A stretch of DNA of 64,000 nucleotides from NCBI GenBank assembly GCA_950097015.1, contig CATNEN010000003.1, positions 10,354,001-10,418,000 of the forward strand. Direction: 5' to 3'. Source of the DNA: Macrostomum hystrix (taxonomy: Eukaryota > Animalia > Platyhelminthes). Both the position numbers and the translations under genes were made by a program. A model generated the notes under the pieces. The model saw only the letters and a program-made list of their open reading frames with translations. It searched no databases and was not told where the DNA came from. The stretch's first letter is position 1, and each line of letters begins with the position of its first letter. This document shows positions 22,170-34,719 of this stretch, in pieces.

Positions 22170-24245
22170 GGTAGATAAGTAACAGGTGAGGCAGCTAGAT
22201 AAGTAACAGGTGAGGCAGCTAGATAAGTAACAGGTGAGGCAGCTAGATAATTCACAGGTGAGGCAGCTAGATTGATAACAAGTGAGGCAGCTAGATAAGT
22301 AACAGGTGAGGCAGCTAGATAAGTCACAGGTGAGGCAGCTAGATGAGTAACAGGTGAGGCAGCCAGATGAGTAACAGGTGAGGCAGCTAGATAAGTAACA
22401 GGTGAGGCAGCTAGATAAGTAACAGGTGAGGCAGCTAGATAAGTAACAGGTGAGGCAGCTAGATAAGTAACAGGTGAGGCAGCTAGATAAGTAACAGGTG
22501 AGGCAGCTAGATGAGTAACAGGTGAGGCAGCTAGATGAGTAACAGGTGAGGCAGCTAGATGAGTAACTGGTGAGGCAGCCAGATGAGTAACAAGTGAGGC
22601 AGCTAGATAAGTCACAGGTGAGGCAGCTAGATGAGTAACAGGTGAGGCAGCTAGATAAGTAACAGGTGAGGCAGCTAGATAAGTAACAGGTGAGGCAGCT
22701 AGATTGATAACAAGTGAGGCAGCTAGATAAGTAACAGGTGAGGCAGCTAGATAAGTCACAGGTGAGGCAGCTAGATGAGTAACAGGTGAGGCAGCCAGAT
22801 GAGTAACAGGTGAGGCAGCTAGATAAGTAACAGGTGAGGCAGCTAGATAAGTAACAGGTGAGGCAGCTAGATAAGTAACAGGTGAGGCAGCTAGATAAGT
22901 AACAGGTGAGGCAGCTAGATAAGTAACAGGTGAGGCAGCTAGATGAGTAACAGGTGAGGCAGCTAGATGAGTAACAGGTGAGGCAGCTAGATGAGTAACT
23001 GGTGAGGCAGCCAGATGAGTAACAAGTGAGGCAGCTAGATAAGTCACAGGTGAGGCAGCTAGATGAGTAACAGGTGAGGCAGCTAGATAAGTAACAGGTG
23101 AGGCAGCTAGATAAGTAACAGGTGAGGCAGCTAGATTGATAACAAGTGAGGCAGCTAGATAAGTAACAAGTGAGGCAGCTAGATAAGTCACAGGTGAGGC
23201 AGCTAGATAAGTCACAGGTGAGGCAGCTAGATAAGTCACAGGTGAGGCAGCTAGATGAGTAACAGGTGAGGCAGCTAGATAAGTCACAGGTGAGGCAGCT
23301 AGATGAGTAACAGGTGAGGCAGCTAGATGAGTAACAGGTGAGGCAGCTAGATAAGTAACTGGTGAGGCAGCTAGATGAGTAACAGGTGAGGCAGCTAGAT
23401 GAGTAACAGGTGAGGCAGCTAGATGAGTAACAGGTGAGGCAGCTAGATGAGTAACAGGTGAGGCAGCTAGATAAGTAACAGGTGAGGCAGCTAGATAAGT
23501 GACAAGTGAGGCAGCTAGATAAGTCACAAGTGAGGCAGCTAGATAAGTAACAAGTGAGGCAGCTAGATAAGTCACAGGTGAGGCAGCTAGATGAGTAACA
23601 GGTGAGGCAGCTAGATAAGTAACAGGTGAGGCAGCTAGATAAGTAACAGGTGAGGCAGCTAGATTGATAACAAGTGAGGCAGCTAGATAAGTAACAAGTG
23701 AGGCAGCTAGATAAGTCACAGGTGAGGCAGCTAGATAAGTAACAGGTGAGGCAGCTAGATAAGTAACAAGTGAGGCAGCTAGATAAGTAACAAGTGAGGC
23801 AGCTAGATAAGTCACAGGTGAGGCAGCTAGATAAGTAACAAGTGAGGCAGCTAGATAAGTAACAGGTGAGGCAGCTAGATGAGTAACAGGTGAGGCAGCT
23901 AGATGAGTAACAGGTGAGGCAGCTAGATGAGTAACTGGTGAGGCAGCCAGATGAGTAACAGGTGAGGCAGCTAGATGAGTAACAGGTGAGGCAGCTAGAT
24001 GAGTAACAGGTGAGGCAGCTAGATGAGTAACAGGTGAGGCAGCTAGATGAGTAACAGGTGAGGCAGCTAGATAAGTAACAGGTGAGGCAGCTAGATGAGT
24101 AACAGGTGAGGCAGCTAGATGAGTAACTGGTGAGGCAGCTAGATGAGTAACAGGTGAGGCAGCTAGATGAGTAACAGGTGAGGCAGCTAGATAAGTCACA
24201 GGTGAGGCAGCTAGATGAGTAACAGGTGAGGTAGCTAGATGAGTG
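22170..24245. repeat. 24-bp minisatellite aggtgaggcagctagataagtaac (~86 copies)
   Basis: Direct tandem copies with higher-order structure. Confidence 0.95.
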
Positions 24246-24804
24246 ACTAGATGAGATGAATAGATGAGTTACGGTATTGCATCGAGTTATAATATGAATC
24301 ACAGCGCTGCAGCCTATTAGTTGCACTTGAAATTAAATCTATTTTTAGCTCTTACCCACCCCAAAATATAGCATACATTAAAAAACTCCTTCTGTTTTAG
24401 AATGACTAGTCACGAAAGATCTAGGCAGTCGAATTTGGGCCTGGTTATAAGAAGCTTCAACGCGAGGCTAAAAGCTAACTACTTTTGTATAAATTTAGAA
24501 GTGTCCCAATTTGTAAAGATCTGTGGGTGTGGCTGCTTAGTAAAAAATTGAGCCAGGAAAAAAAGAGACCAGGTTTAAGCTTGAGTCAGTTTAGTAAGAA
24601 AATATTGATTACAAAATGTGAGTTGCCTTGTTTTAATAACACTGATGGATGAGTGGGTTCAATTAGTAAGGCATTGAGTATGTACTCACTCAGATGGGAA
24701 TAGGAGATAGAGAGGGAAGATAATGAAGATCAGAGGAATGATAACGGATGTAGAGGGAATATAATGAAGATGAGAGGAGTATAATGATATTTATCTATCG
24801 ATTC

Positions 24805-25605
24805 ATCTCCCCTCTCCAACTGTCCCCTCCCCTGTCCCCTCTCCTACTGTCCCCTCTCCTTCTCTCCCCTCTCCTTCTCTACCCTCTCCTACTCTCCTCT
24901 CTCCTTCTCTCCTCTCCCCTCTCCAACTCTCCCCTCTCCTCCTCTCCCCTCTCCAACTCTCCCCTCTCCTTCTCTCCCCTCTCCTACTCTCCCCTCTCCT
25001 TCTCTCCCCTCTCCTTCTCTCCTTCTCTCCCCTCTCCTTCTGTCCCCTCTCCTTCTGTCCCCTCTCCTACTGTCCCCTCTCCTTCTCTCCCCTCTCCTTC
25101 TCTACCCTCTCCTACTCTCCTCTCTCCTTCTCTCCTCTCCCCTATCCAACTCTCCCCTCTCCTCCTCTCCCCTCTCCAACTCTCCCCTCTCCTTCTCTCC
25201 CCTCTCCTTCTCTCCTTCTCTCCCCTCTCCTTCTGTCCCCTCTCCTTCTGTCCCCTCTCCTACTGTCCCCTCTCCTTCTGTCCCCTCTCCTTCTGTCCCC
25301 TCTCCTACTGTCCCCTCTCCTTCTCTCCCCTCTCCTACTGTCCCCTCTCCTTCTCTCCCCTCTCCTACTCTCCCCTCTCCTTCTCTCCCCTCTCCTTCTC
25401 TCCCCTCTCCTTCTCTCCTTCTCTCCCCTCTCCTTCTGTCCCCTCTCCTTCTGTCCCCTCTCCTTCTGTCCCCTCTCCTTCTGTCCCCTCTCCTTCTGTC
25501 CCCTCTCCTTCTGTCCCCTCTCCTTCTGTCCCCTCTCCTTCTGTCCCCTCTCCTTCTGTCCCCTCTCCTTCTCTCCTCTTTTTTTCCCTCTCTTTCTTTC
25601 CCCTC
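24805..25605. repeat. 15-bp polypyrimidine minisatellite tcccctctccttctg
   Basis: Direct tandem copies. Confidence 0.9.
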
Positions 25606-26127
25606 TTCATAAAAAATATGAAGCAATCATCGGCTCCATTTTTATAATTATTTTTTTACTTACCTAGCTTTTAATAAGTCGCATTCAAAAGAATTATAAA
25701 TTATTTTCAGTAAATAAAATATGGAGAATTAACCTAAGCAAATAGGCAAGCTTCGCAGCAAAAAAATAAAACTAGGGCAAGGAGAAGAGAAGAGATTTTA
25801 GCCTATACGAGATCGCAATGCGTAAACAGAGGATAGAACTTGAGCTCTAGCCTTCCTCCTACAGTTTGAGCAGGCCCGTCAACTCAAAAATAATCCCAGG
25901 AAGCCAAATAAGTGCAGATGGCGTCAAGTAATTCATCCAATTTACTATTTTTCCTCTCAGCACCCAATATGTGCCGTGATTGCCAAGCTGCGATATTTCA
26001 TACTCGCTAACAGGCGATAGAGATGAGATTACGGTTCAACTGACTTACAGAGGAAAGATTTTTAACGATTAGCGAAACTAGAGGAAACAAACTTCTAATT
26101 CGAGTTTTGGGGGGATGAAGGAAGAGC

Positions 26128-29042
26128 TATGTGTGTGTGATGCAGATGAAGGGAGATGTGTGTGTGATACAGATGAAGGGAGATGTGTGTGTGATACAGA
26201 TGAAGGGAGGTGTGTGTGTGATGCAGATGAAGGGAGATGTGTGTGTGATACAGATGAAGGGAGATGTGTGTGTGATACAGATGAAGGGAGATGAGTGTGT
26301 GATGCAGATGAAGGGAGATGAGTGTGTGATACAGATGAAGGGAGATGAGTGTGTGATGCAGATGAAGGGAGATGAGTGTGTGATACAGATGAAGGGAGAT
26401 GAGTGTGTGATACAGATGAAGGGAGATGTGTGTGTGATACAGATGAAGGGAAATGTGTGTGTGATACAGATGAAGGGAGATGAGTGTGTGATACAGATGA
26501 AGGGAGATGTGTGTGTGATACAGATGAAGGGAAATGTGTGTGTGATACAGATGAAGGGAGGTGTGTGTGTGATGCAGATGAAGGGAGATGAGTGTGTGAT
26601 ACAGATGAAGGGAGATGTGTGTGTGATACAGATGAAGGGAAATGAGTGTGTGATGCAGATGAAGGGAGATGTGTGTGTGATACAGATGAAGGGAGATGTG
26701 TGTGTGATACAGATGAAGGGAAATGAGTGTGTGATGCAGATGAAGGGAGATGTGTGTGTGATACAGATGAAGGGAGGTGTGTGTGTGATGCAGATGAAGG
26801 GAGATGAGTGTGTGATACAGATGAAGGGAGATGTGTGTGTGATGCAGATGAAGGGAGATGAGTGTGTGATACAGATGAAGGGAGATGTGTGTGTGATACA
26901 GATGAAGGGAGATGTGTGTGTGATACAGATGAAGGGAAATGTGTGTGTGATACAGATGAAGGGAAATGTGTGTGTGATACAGATGAAGGGAAATGAGTGT
27001 GTGATACAGATGAAGGGAGATGAGTGTGTGATACAGATGAAGGGAGATGAGTGTGTGATACAGATGAAGGGAGATGTGTGTGTGATACAGATGAAGGGAA
27101 ATGTGTGTGTGATACAGATGAAGGGAGGTGTGTGTGTGATGCAGATGAAGGGAGATGAGTGTGTGATACAGATGAAGGGAGATGTGTGTGTGATACAGAT
27201 GAAGGGAAATGAGTGTGTGATGCAGATGAAGGGAGATGTGTGTGTGATACAGATGAAGGGAGATGTGTGTGTGATACAGATGAAGGGAAATGAGTGTGTG
27301 ATGCAGATGAAGGGAGATGTGTGTGTGATACAGATGAAGGGAGGTGTGTGTGTGATGCAGATGAAGGGAGATGAGTGTGTGATACAGATGAAGGGAGATG
27401 TGTGTGTGATGCAGATGAAGGGAGATGAGTGTGTGATACAGATGAAGGGAGATGTGTGTGTGATACAGATGAAGTGAGATGTGTGTGTGATACAGATGAA
27501 GGGAGATGTGTGTGTGATACAGATGAAGGGAGATGTGTGTGTGATACAGATGAAGGGAGATGAGTGTGTGATACAGATGAAGGGAGATGAGTGTGTGATA
27601 CAGATGAAGGGAAATGTGTGTGTGATACAGATGAAGGGAAATGTGTGTGTGATACAGATGAAGGGAAATGTGTGTGTGATACAGATGAAGGGAAATGTGT
27701 GTGTGATACAGATGAAGGGAGATGAGTGCAATACAGATGAAGGGAAATGTGTGTGTGATACAGATGAAGGGAAATGTGTGTGTGATACAGATGAAGGGAG
27801 ATGAGTGTGTGATACAGATGAAGGGAAATGTGTGTGTGATACAGATGAAGGGAAATGTGTGTGTGATACAGATGAAGGGAAATGTGTGTGTGATACAGAT
27901 GAAGGGAAATGTGTGTGTGATACAGATGAAGGGAAATGTGTGTGTGATACAGATGAAGGGAAATGTGTGTGTGATACAGATGAAGGGAAATGTGTGTGTG
28001 ATACAGATGAAGGGAAATGAGTGTGTGATACAGATGAAGGGAGATGAGTGTGTGATACAGATGAAGGGAGATGAGTGTGTGATACAGATGAAGGGAAATG
28101 AGTGTGTGATACAGATGAAGGGAGATGAGTGTGTGATACAGATGAAGGGAAATGTGTGTGTGATACAGATGAAGGGAAATGAGTGTGTGATACAGATGAA
28201 GGGAGATGTGTGTGTGATACAGATGAAGGGAGGTGTGTGTGTGATACAGATGAAGGGAAATGTGTGTGTGATACAGATGAAGGGAAATGTGTGTGTGATA
28301 CAGATGAAGGGAGATGAGTGCAATACAGATGAAGGGAGATGTGTGTGTGATACAGATGAAGGGAGATGTGTGTGTGATACAGATGAAGGGAAATGTGTGT
28401 GTGATACAGATGAAAGGAGATGTGTGTGTGATACAGATGAAGGGAAATGTGTGTGTGATACAGATGAAGGGAAATGTGTGTGTGATACAGATGAAGGGAA
28501 ATGTGTGTGTGATACAGATGAAGGGAGATGAGTGTGTGATACAGATGAAGGGAAATGTGTGTGTGATACAGATGAAGGGAAATGTGTGTGTGATACAGAT
28601 GAAGGGAAATGTGTGTGTGATACAGATGAAGGGAGATGAGTGCAATACAGATGAAGGGAGATGTGTGTGTGATACAGATGAAGGGAGGTGTGTGTGTGAT
28701 ACAGATGAAGGGAAATGTGTGTGTGATACAGATGAAGGGAGATGAGTGCAATACAGATGAAGGGAGATGTGTGTGTGATACAGATGAAGGGAGATGTGTG
28801 TGTGATACAGATGAAGGGAGATGTGTGTGTGATACAGATGAAGGGAAATGTGTGTGTGATACAGATGAAGGGAAATGTGTGTGTGATACAGATGAAGGGA
28901 AATGTGTGTGTGATACAGATGAAGGGAGATGAGTGCAATACAGATGAAGGGAAATGTGTGTGTGATACAGATGAAGGGAGATGTGTGTGTGATACAGATG
29001 AAGGGAGATGAGTGCAATACAGATGAAGGGAAATGTGTGCGA
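26128..29042. repeat. 27-bp minisatellite gtgtgtgtgatacagatgaagggagat (~108 copies)
   Basis: Direct tandem copies. Confidence 0.95.
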
Positions 29043-29719
29043 TAGACATAAACTTGAGAAAGATGTGTACACTCATGTTTGTACTTAACATTTTGACAAC
29101 AATTTGGCAGCAGTTGAACATCTAACTAAAACATATTTATAGTATATGCGCGAGCTGTATTTCAAATATAACTCGCGTAATCGCGCACAGAAAAAAAAGT
29201 TTAAACATTTCGTTATTTATCTCATTCAGTAAACAACAGTTCTGCATACTCTACAATGAGTTGTGAGTCATCATTTTTCTGTCCAATTCACAAAATGGTC
29301 CAGTAATTTTCAGCTGCAGATGATACAAACTTTCGTTTCAATGTGTTTCGCAGAAATTTTGAGCAGTTCGGTGAATGAAATTTCTCAAAAGCATCGAATC
29401 TAAAATTAGCATCACTGTACAATTTCTCTCCACTCCACTCAACATTTCCTGGCCAATGAGGTGACACTGGCCAATGCTGCTTAAATAATGCTAGTAGGTT
29501 TACAAGCTTACAATAATACAAGCAAAAACACTTCAGTGTTGCTTTCTGCAAACATTATTTATATACTAGGTAAGTCTAAAAATTGGTTTTTAATGGTTTA
29601 TTGTTAACTAAATTCTGATTATTTCTATCGTCCATCTATGTATCTACTCGATAATTATCTAGTGCAGGGGCCAGATGCGGCACTCGATGCTTTTAAATCC
29701 GGCCCGTTGCCGGTCTCCT

Positions 29720-30785
29720 CGGTCTCATCTCTTCCGTGTCTCATCTCCCCCGTGTCTCATCTCCCCCGAGTCTCATCTCCCCCGAGTTTCATCTCTCCCT
29801 GTCTCATCTCTCCCGTGTCTCATCTCCCCCGAGTCTCATCTCTTCCGTGTCTCATCTCCCCCGAGTCTCATCTCTTCCGTGTCTCATCTCCCCCGAGTCT
29901 CATCTCTTCCGTGTCTCATCTCCCCCGTGTCTCATCTCCCCCGAGTCTCATCTCCCCCGAGTTTCATCTCTCCCTGTCTCATCTCTCCCGTGTCTCATCT
30001 CCCCCGAGTCTCATCTCTTCCGTGTCTCATCTCCCCCGAGTCTCATCTCTTCCGTGTCTCATCTCCCCCGAGTCTCATCTCTTCCGTGTCTCATCTCCCC
30101 CGTGTCTCATCTCTCCCGTGTCTCATCTCCCCCGTGTCTCATCTCCCCCGTGTCTCATCTCCCCCGAGTCTCATCTCTTCCGTGTCTCATCTCCCCCGTG
30201 TCTCATCTCCCCCGAGTCTCATCTCTTCCGTGTCTCATCTCCCCCGAGTCTCATCTCTTCCGTGTCTCATCTCCCCCGAGTCTCATCTCTTCCGTGTCTC
30301 ATCTCCCCCGTGTCTCATCTCCCCCGAGTCTCATCTCCCCCGAGTTTCATCTCTCCCTGTCTCATCTCTCCCGTGTCTCATCTCCCCCGAGTCTCATCTC
30401 TTCCGTGTCTCATCTCCCCCGAGTCTCATCTCTTCCGTGTCTCATCTCCCCCGAGTCTCATCTCTTCCGTGTCTCATCTCCCCCGTGTCTCATCTCCCCC
30501 GTGTCTCATCTCTCCCGAGTCTCATCTCTTCCGTGTCTCATCTCCCCCGTGTCTCATCTCCCCCGTGTCTCATCTCTCCCGAGTCTCATCTCTTCCGTGT
30601 CTCATCTCCCCCGTGTCTCATCTCCCCCGTGTCTCATCTCCCCCGTGTCTCATCTCCCCCGAGTCTCATCTCTTCCGTGTCTCATCTCTCCCATGTCTCA
30701 TCTGTCCTGTGTCTTATCTCTACGCTGTCTCATCTCTCCCGTGTTTCCGTCTCATCTCTCTCCTGTCTCATCCACCCCCTGTCTT
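29720..30785. repeat. 16-bp minisatellite gtctcatctc(cc/tt)ccg(a/t)
   Basis: Direct tandem copies. Confidence 0.95.
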
Positions 30786-30853
30786 ATAATGTGCCTGTCT
30801 GATGCACGTAGTAAAAGTTATTAAAAACTAATAATTTACTTTTTTTCACCCAG

Positions 30854-30898
30854 CTGGGACGTACGAGTACATGAGTACATCAGAATCTGTATAATGAG
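30854..30898 (+). other. Putative 45-nt 5' UTR exon of the downstream large gene
   Basis: ctaataatttactttttttcacccag| acceptor and gag|gtcagt donor. Confidence 0.4.
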
Positions 30899-31309
30899 GT
30901 CAGTTTGTGTTTTTTTAGTACAAATAGATATCGATAATAAAAGCATCAAATTAAAACAATATTTTTTCTATAATTAAATTAAATTTCAAAGCAAATTTAT
31001 TTAAACAATTTAAATTAGAATTCAATTAAGAAGGCTGTAGACTTTTTGATTGATTGATTGATTGATGACTTTTAGAAAAATCTAAATTACGAGCAAGCTA
31101 ATTGAGTATCTTGCGGTAAAAAGTGCCTGGCATGTATTTTATTATTAAATCAATGCTTGAATCAATTCTCTAATATATTTATTGTTTGCATAAAACTATT
31201 TCTTGTCTTTTACGCTAAATGTTCTGATTGCCATGTCTTGGGAGTTTTTGAGTTGAACTGTCCTTGAGGGTGGACACCCATGCACTGTCTTTAAAGCAGA
31301 AAATTTCTC

Positions 31310-32108
31310 TTCTGAAATCTTCTATCCTATCTCACCCTTAAATCTCCCATTCTGTCTCACCTGAAATGTCCCACACTATCTCACCTCAAATCTCCCATCC
31401 TGTCTACCTCACCTCTAATCTCCCATCCTGTCTCACCTCAAAACTCCCATCCTTTCTCACCTCTAATCTCCCATCCTGTCTCACCTCAAAACTCCCATCC
31501 TTTCTCACCTCAAAACTCCCATCCTATCTCACCTCTAATCTCCCATCCTGTCTCACCTCAAAACTCCCATCCTTTCTCACCTCAAATCTCCCATCCTTTC
31601 TCACCTCTAATCTCCCATCCTATCTCACCTCTAATCTCCCATCCTGTCTCACCTCAAATCTCCCATTCTATCTCACCTCAAAACTCCCATCCTGTCTCAC
31701 CTCAAAACTCCCATCCTTTTTCACCTCTAATCTCCCATCCTGTCTCACCTCAAATTTCCCATTCTGTCTCACCTCAAAACTCCCATTCTATCTCACCTCA
31801 AAACTCCCATCCTTTCTCACCTCTAATCTCCCATCCTGTCTCACCTCAAATCTCCCATTCTATCTCACCTCAAAACTCCCATCCTATCTCACCTCTAATC
31901 TCCCATCCTGTCTCATCTCAAAACTCCCATCCTATCTCACCTCAAAACTCCCATCCTGTCTCACCTCAAATTTCCCATCCTGTCTCACCTCAAATCTCCC
32001 ACACTTTCTCACCTCAAATTTCCCATCCTATCTCAACTCAAATCTCCCACACTTTCTCACCTCAAATCTCCTATCCTTTCTCACCTCAAATCTCCAATCT
32101 TTTCTCAA
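31310..32108. repeat. 24-bp minisatellite tctcacctcaaatctcccatcctg
   Basis: Direct tandem copies ending at a splice acceptor. Confidence 0.95.
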
Positions 32109-32196
32109 AGGCAGACAACCTGCTGTTTGCTTTGTAGTGGTCAGCATGCTGAAAGAAATCTTCGCATGATTAAACTGATGAGACGGGCAGCAAAAA

Positions 32197-32421
32197 ATGT
32201 ACAAATCCGTGAAAATCACTACCCCCAGGACAGTGTCCAGTCTGTGCAAGCGGCAAAGTCGCGAGATAAGCCAGGACCAGCAGAAAAAACCTGAGACTGT
32301 TGAGTCGCTCACGAGCTCATCGGACATGACTAGCGGAGTTGGAACCGGTAATGTCTGCGTACCGGACATCCTTATCGAGCATGTGGACTTCGCTGACGGT
32401 GCTTCTGCCGAGATGCACCAG
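32197..32421 (+). CDS. Putative alternative first coding exon A1 of the AMPK-gamma-like gene (exon starts ~32111)
   Basis: Non-repetitive GC-richer island. Acceptor tttctcaaag| at 32110, ATG 32197, MYKSVKIT...VPDILIEHVD...EMHQ, donor cag|gtgatg, phase 0. Confidence 0.55.
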
Positions 32422-32459
32422 GTGATGAAAATTGCACCCTACAGATTAGCGAACCAGAG

Positions 32460-32820
32460 ACCAGATAAGAGACTAGATGAAAGAGTAGATAAAATGATAG
32501 GTGAGTGAGTAGATAAGCGAGAAGATAAAAGAGTAGATGAGAGAGTAGATAAGCAAGTAGATAAAAGAGTAGGTAAGTGAGTAGATAAGCGAGTAAATAA
32601 AAGAGTAGATAAGTGAGTAGATAAGCGAGTAGATAAAAGAGTAGATGAGAGAGTAGATAAGCGAGTAGATAAAAGGGTAGATGAGTGGGTAGATAAGCGA
32701 CTAGATAAAATAGTAGATGAGAGAGTAGATAAGCGAGTAGATAAAAGGGTAGATGAGTGGGTAGATAAGCGACTAGATAAAATAGTAGATGAGTGAGAAG
32801 ACAAGCGAGAAGATAAAAGT
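32460..32820. repeat. 12-bp-based repeat gagtagataa(gc/aa)
   Basis: Seen directly. Confidence 0.85.
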
Positions 32821-33100
32821 CTGCTCTCACAGTCTGCAAAATTTACTCTGCAGCAGATCTCTGTGCTAAACTTTTGGTGTGAGATAAGATTGGATATTTG
32901 ATGTGATGGGGATCTGAGGTCAGTTAGGATGAAATATTTGAGTTAAGACGGTATTGGACATTTGAGGTGAGATAGGACTGGAGATCTGAGGTGTGGGATA
33001 ATGATATAGGAGTCCTATCGTGTTCCTATGAGTATCGAACTGAGATTTTAGTACAAAAACTCTAAGAGAATAATTCATATTTATTAATTGGACTTTTCAG

Positions 33101-33238
33101 CGATACCGCAAGTCGAAGAATGCCGGTACATCTGGAGCTGACTCAATCAAAAGCAGATTCGCCAGCGTGGCCGTCCCAGCTCAGGCTGCGGGCGCCGACG
33201 GCGGCAGGCCTAGAGGTCAAAGTTTCACGCGATTTCTG
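33101..33238 (+). CDS. Putative coding exon A2 (not in the ORF track)
   Basis: gacttttcag| acceptor, 138 bp open in phase 0 (RYRKSKNAGTSGADSIKSRF...GRPRGQSFTRFL), donor ctg|gtgagt. Confidence 0.65.
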
Positions 33239-33244
33239 GTGAGT

Positions 33245-33972
33245 AATGGATTGACAGGTTGATGGATTGACAGGTTGATGGATTGACAGGTTGATTGATT
33301 GACAGGTTGAAGGATTGACAGGTTGATGGATTGACAGGTTGATGGATTGACAGGCTGGTGGATTGACAGGTTGGTGGATTGACATGTTGATGGATTGACA
33401 GGTTGATGGATTGAAAGGTTGATGGATTGGCAGGTTGATGGATTGACAGGTTGATGGATTGACAGGTTGATTGATTGACAGGTTGATGGATTGACAGGTT
33501 GATGGATTGACAGGTTGATGGATTGACAGGCTGGTGGATTGACAGGTTGGTGGATTGACATGTTGATGGATTGACAGGTTGATGGATTGAAAGGTTGATG
33601 GATTGACAGGTTGATGGATTGACAGGTTGGTGGATTGACAGGTTGATGGATTGAAATGTTGATGAATTGACGGGTTGATGGGTTGACAGGTTGGTGGATT
33701 GACAGGTTGATGAATTGACAGGTTGATGGATGACAGGTTGATGGATTGACAGGATGTTGGATTGACAGGTTGATTGGTTGAAATGTTGATGAATTGACGG
33801 GTTAATGGGTTGACAGGTTGATTGATTGAAATGTTGATGAATTGACGGGTTGATGGGTTGACAGTTTTATGGATTGACAGGTTAATGTATTTACAGGTTG
33901 ATGGATTAACAGGTTGATGGATTGACAGGTTGGTGGATTGACAGGTTGATGGACAGGGTGACGGATTGACAG
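33245..33972. repeat. 16-bp minisatellite gattgacaggttgatg
   Basis: Direct tandem copies, decaying toward ~34180. Confidence 0.95.
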
Positions 33973-34719
33973 TCATTTTGGTTGTCATATTGAGAGATTG
34001 ATAATTTTATATTTCGATAGGTTGACAAATTATTATATCTAAAAATATTAGCTGGTTAAAATATCGCTGGATTGAATGATTTTTTACCGATGACCGTTCA
34101 AGAGATTGATTGAGATTTATTGATGAATTGATAGATTGATAAATGAAAATATCGATAAATTGAAACATTGATAAACGTACTGTGGTTGATATTTAAGCAC
34201 GAGAAGTTGATTTCGATTTGGGTTTATCAAAGAAAATCGGTTTTAAATTAGCTCGTAAACAAATAAGTGAACTTTTAGCTCGTAGAAATGTCCCCTCGCA
34301 ACTTGCAGTTTATAACTTGTAATTCAGAAGTAAACAGGATCAATTTTTTATTGCGGCCACAGCTGTGGGTGATGCTTAGCACACCGAAAGGAATAAGAGT
34401 TATGATCATGCTCTTAGATGAAATCTAATTTGCGTCTCGCTCTCGCTTTCACTATCTGACTCTGGCATACCCATAGGACTAGAATTTTCCACTCTAGGGC
34501 ACGATTTTCATGAGTAGAGAAATTGTAGAAATCTAATTTTTCCGACACTCATGCAAAAGCACATTGACTTTTAGTCATATTAAATGAAACATTCTGACAT
34601 AACTGAAACACTCTGACTTTGAATGAAAGTAAATAAATACTAAATACATAACATAAGTAGTACGTATACAGTACTTGTATAATCTTTGACTTTTGACCCT
34701 CGTCCAATTGCGGTCATTA

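Noticed and set aside
22134-24326. 730-aa Cys/Ser-rich and 679-aa ORFs
   Set aside because: 24-bp minisatellite without stops in two frames; no unique domain or splice support.
26078-29121. ~1000-aa ORFs in three - strand frames and CVIQMKGD ORFs on +
   Set aside because: Translations of a 27-bp tandem repeat, open in several frames at once, with frameshifting unit variants.
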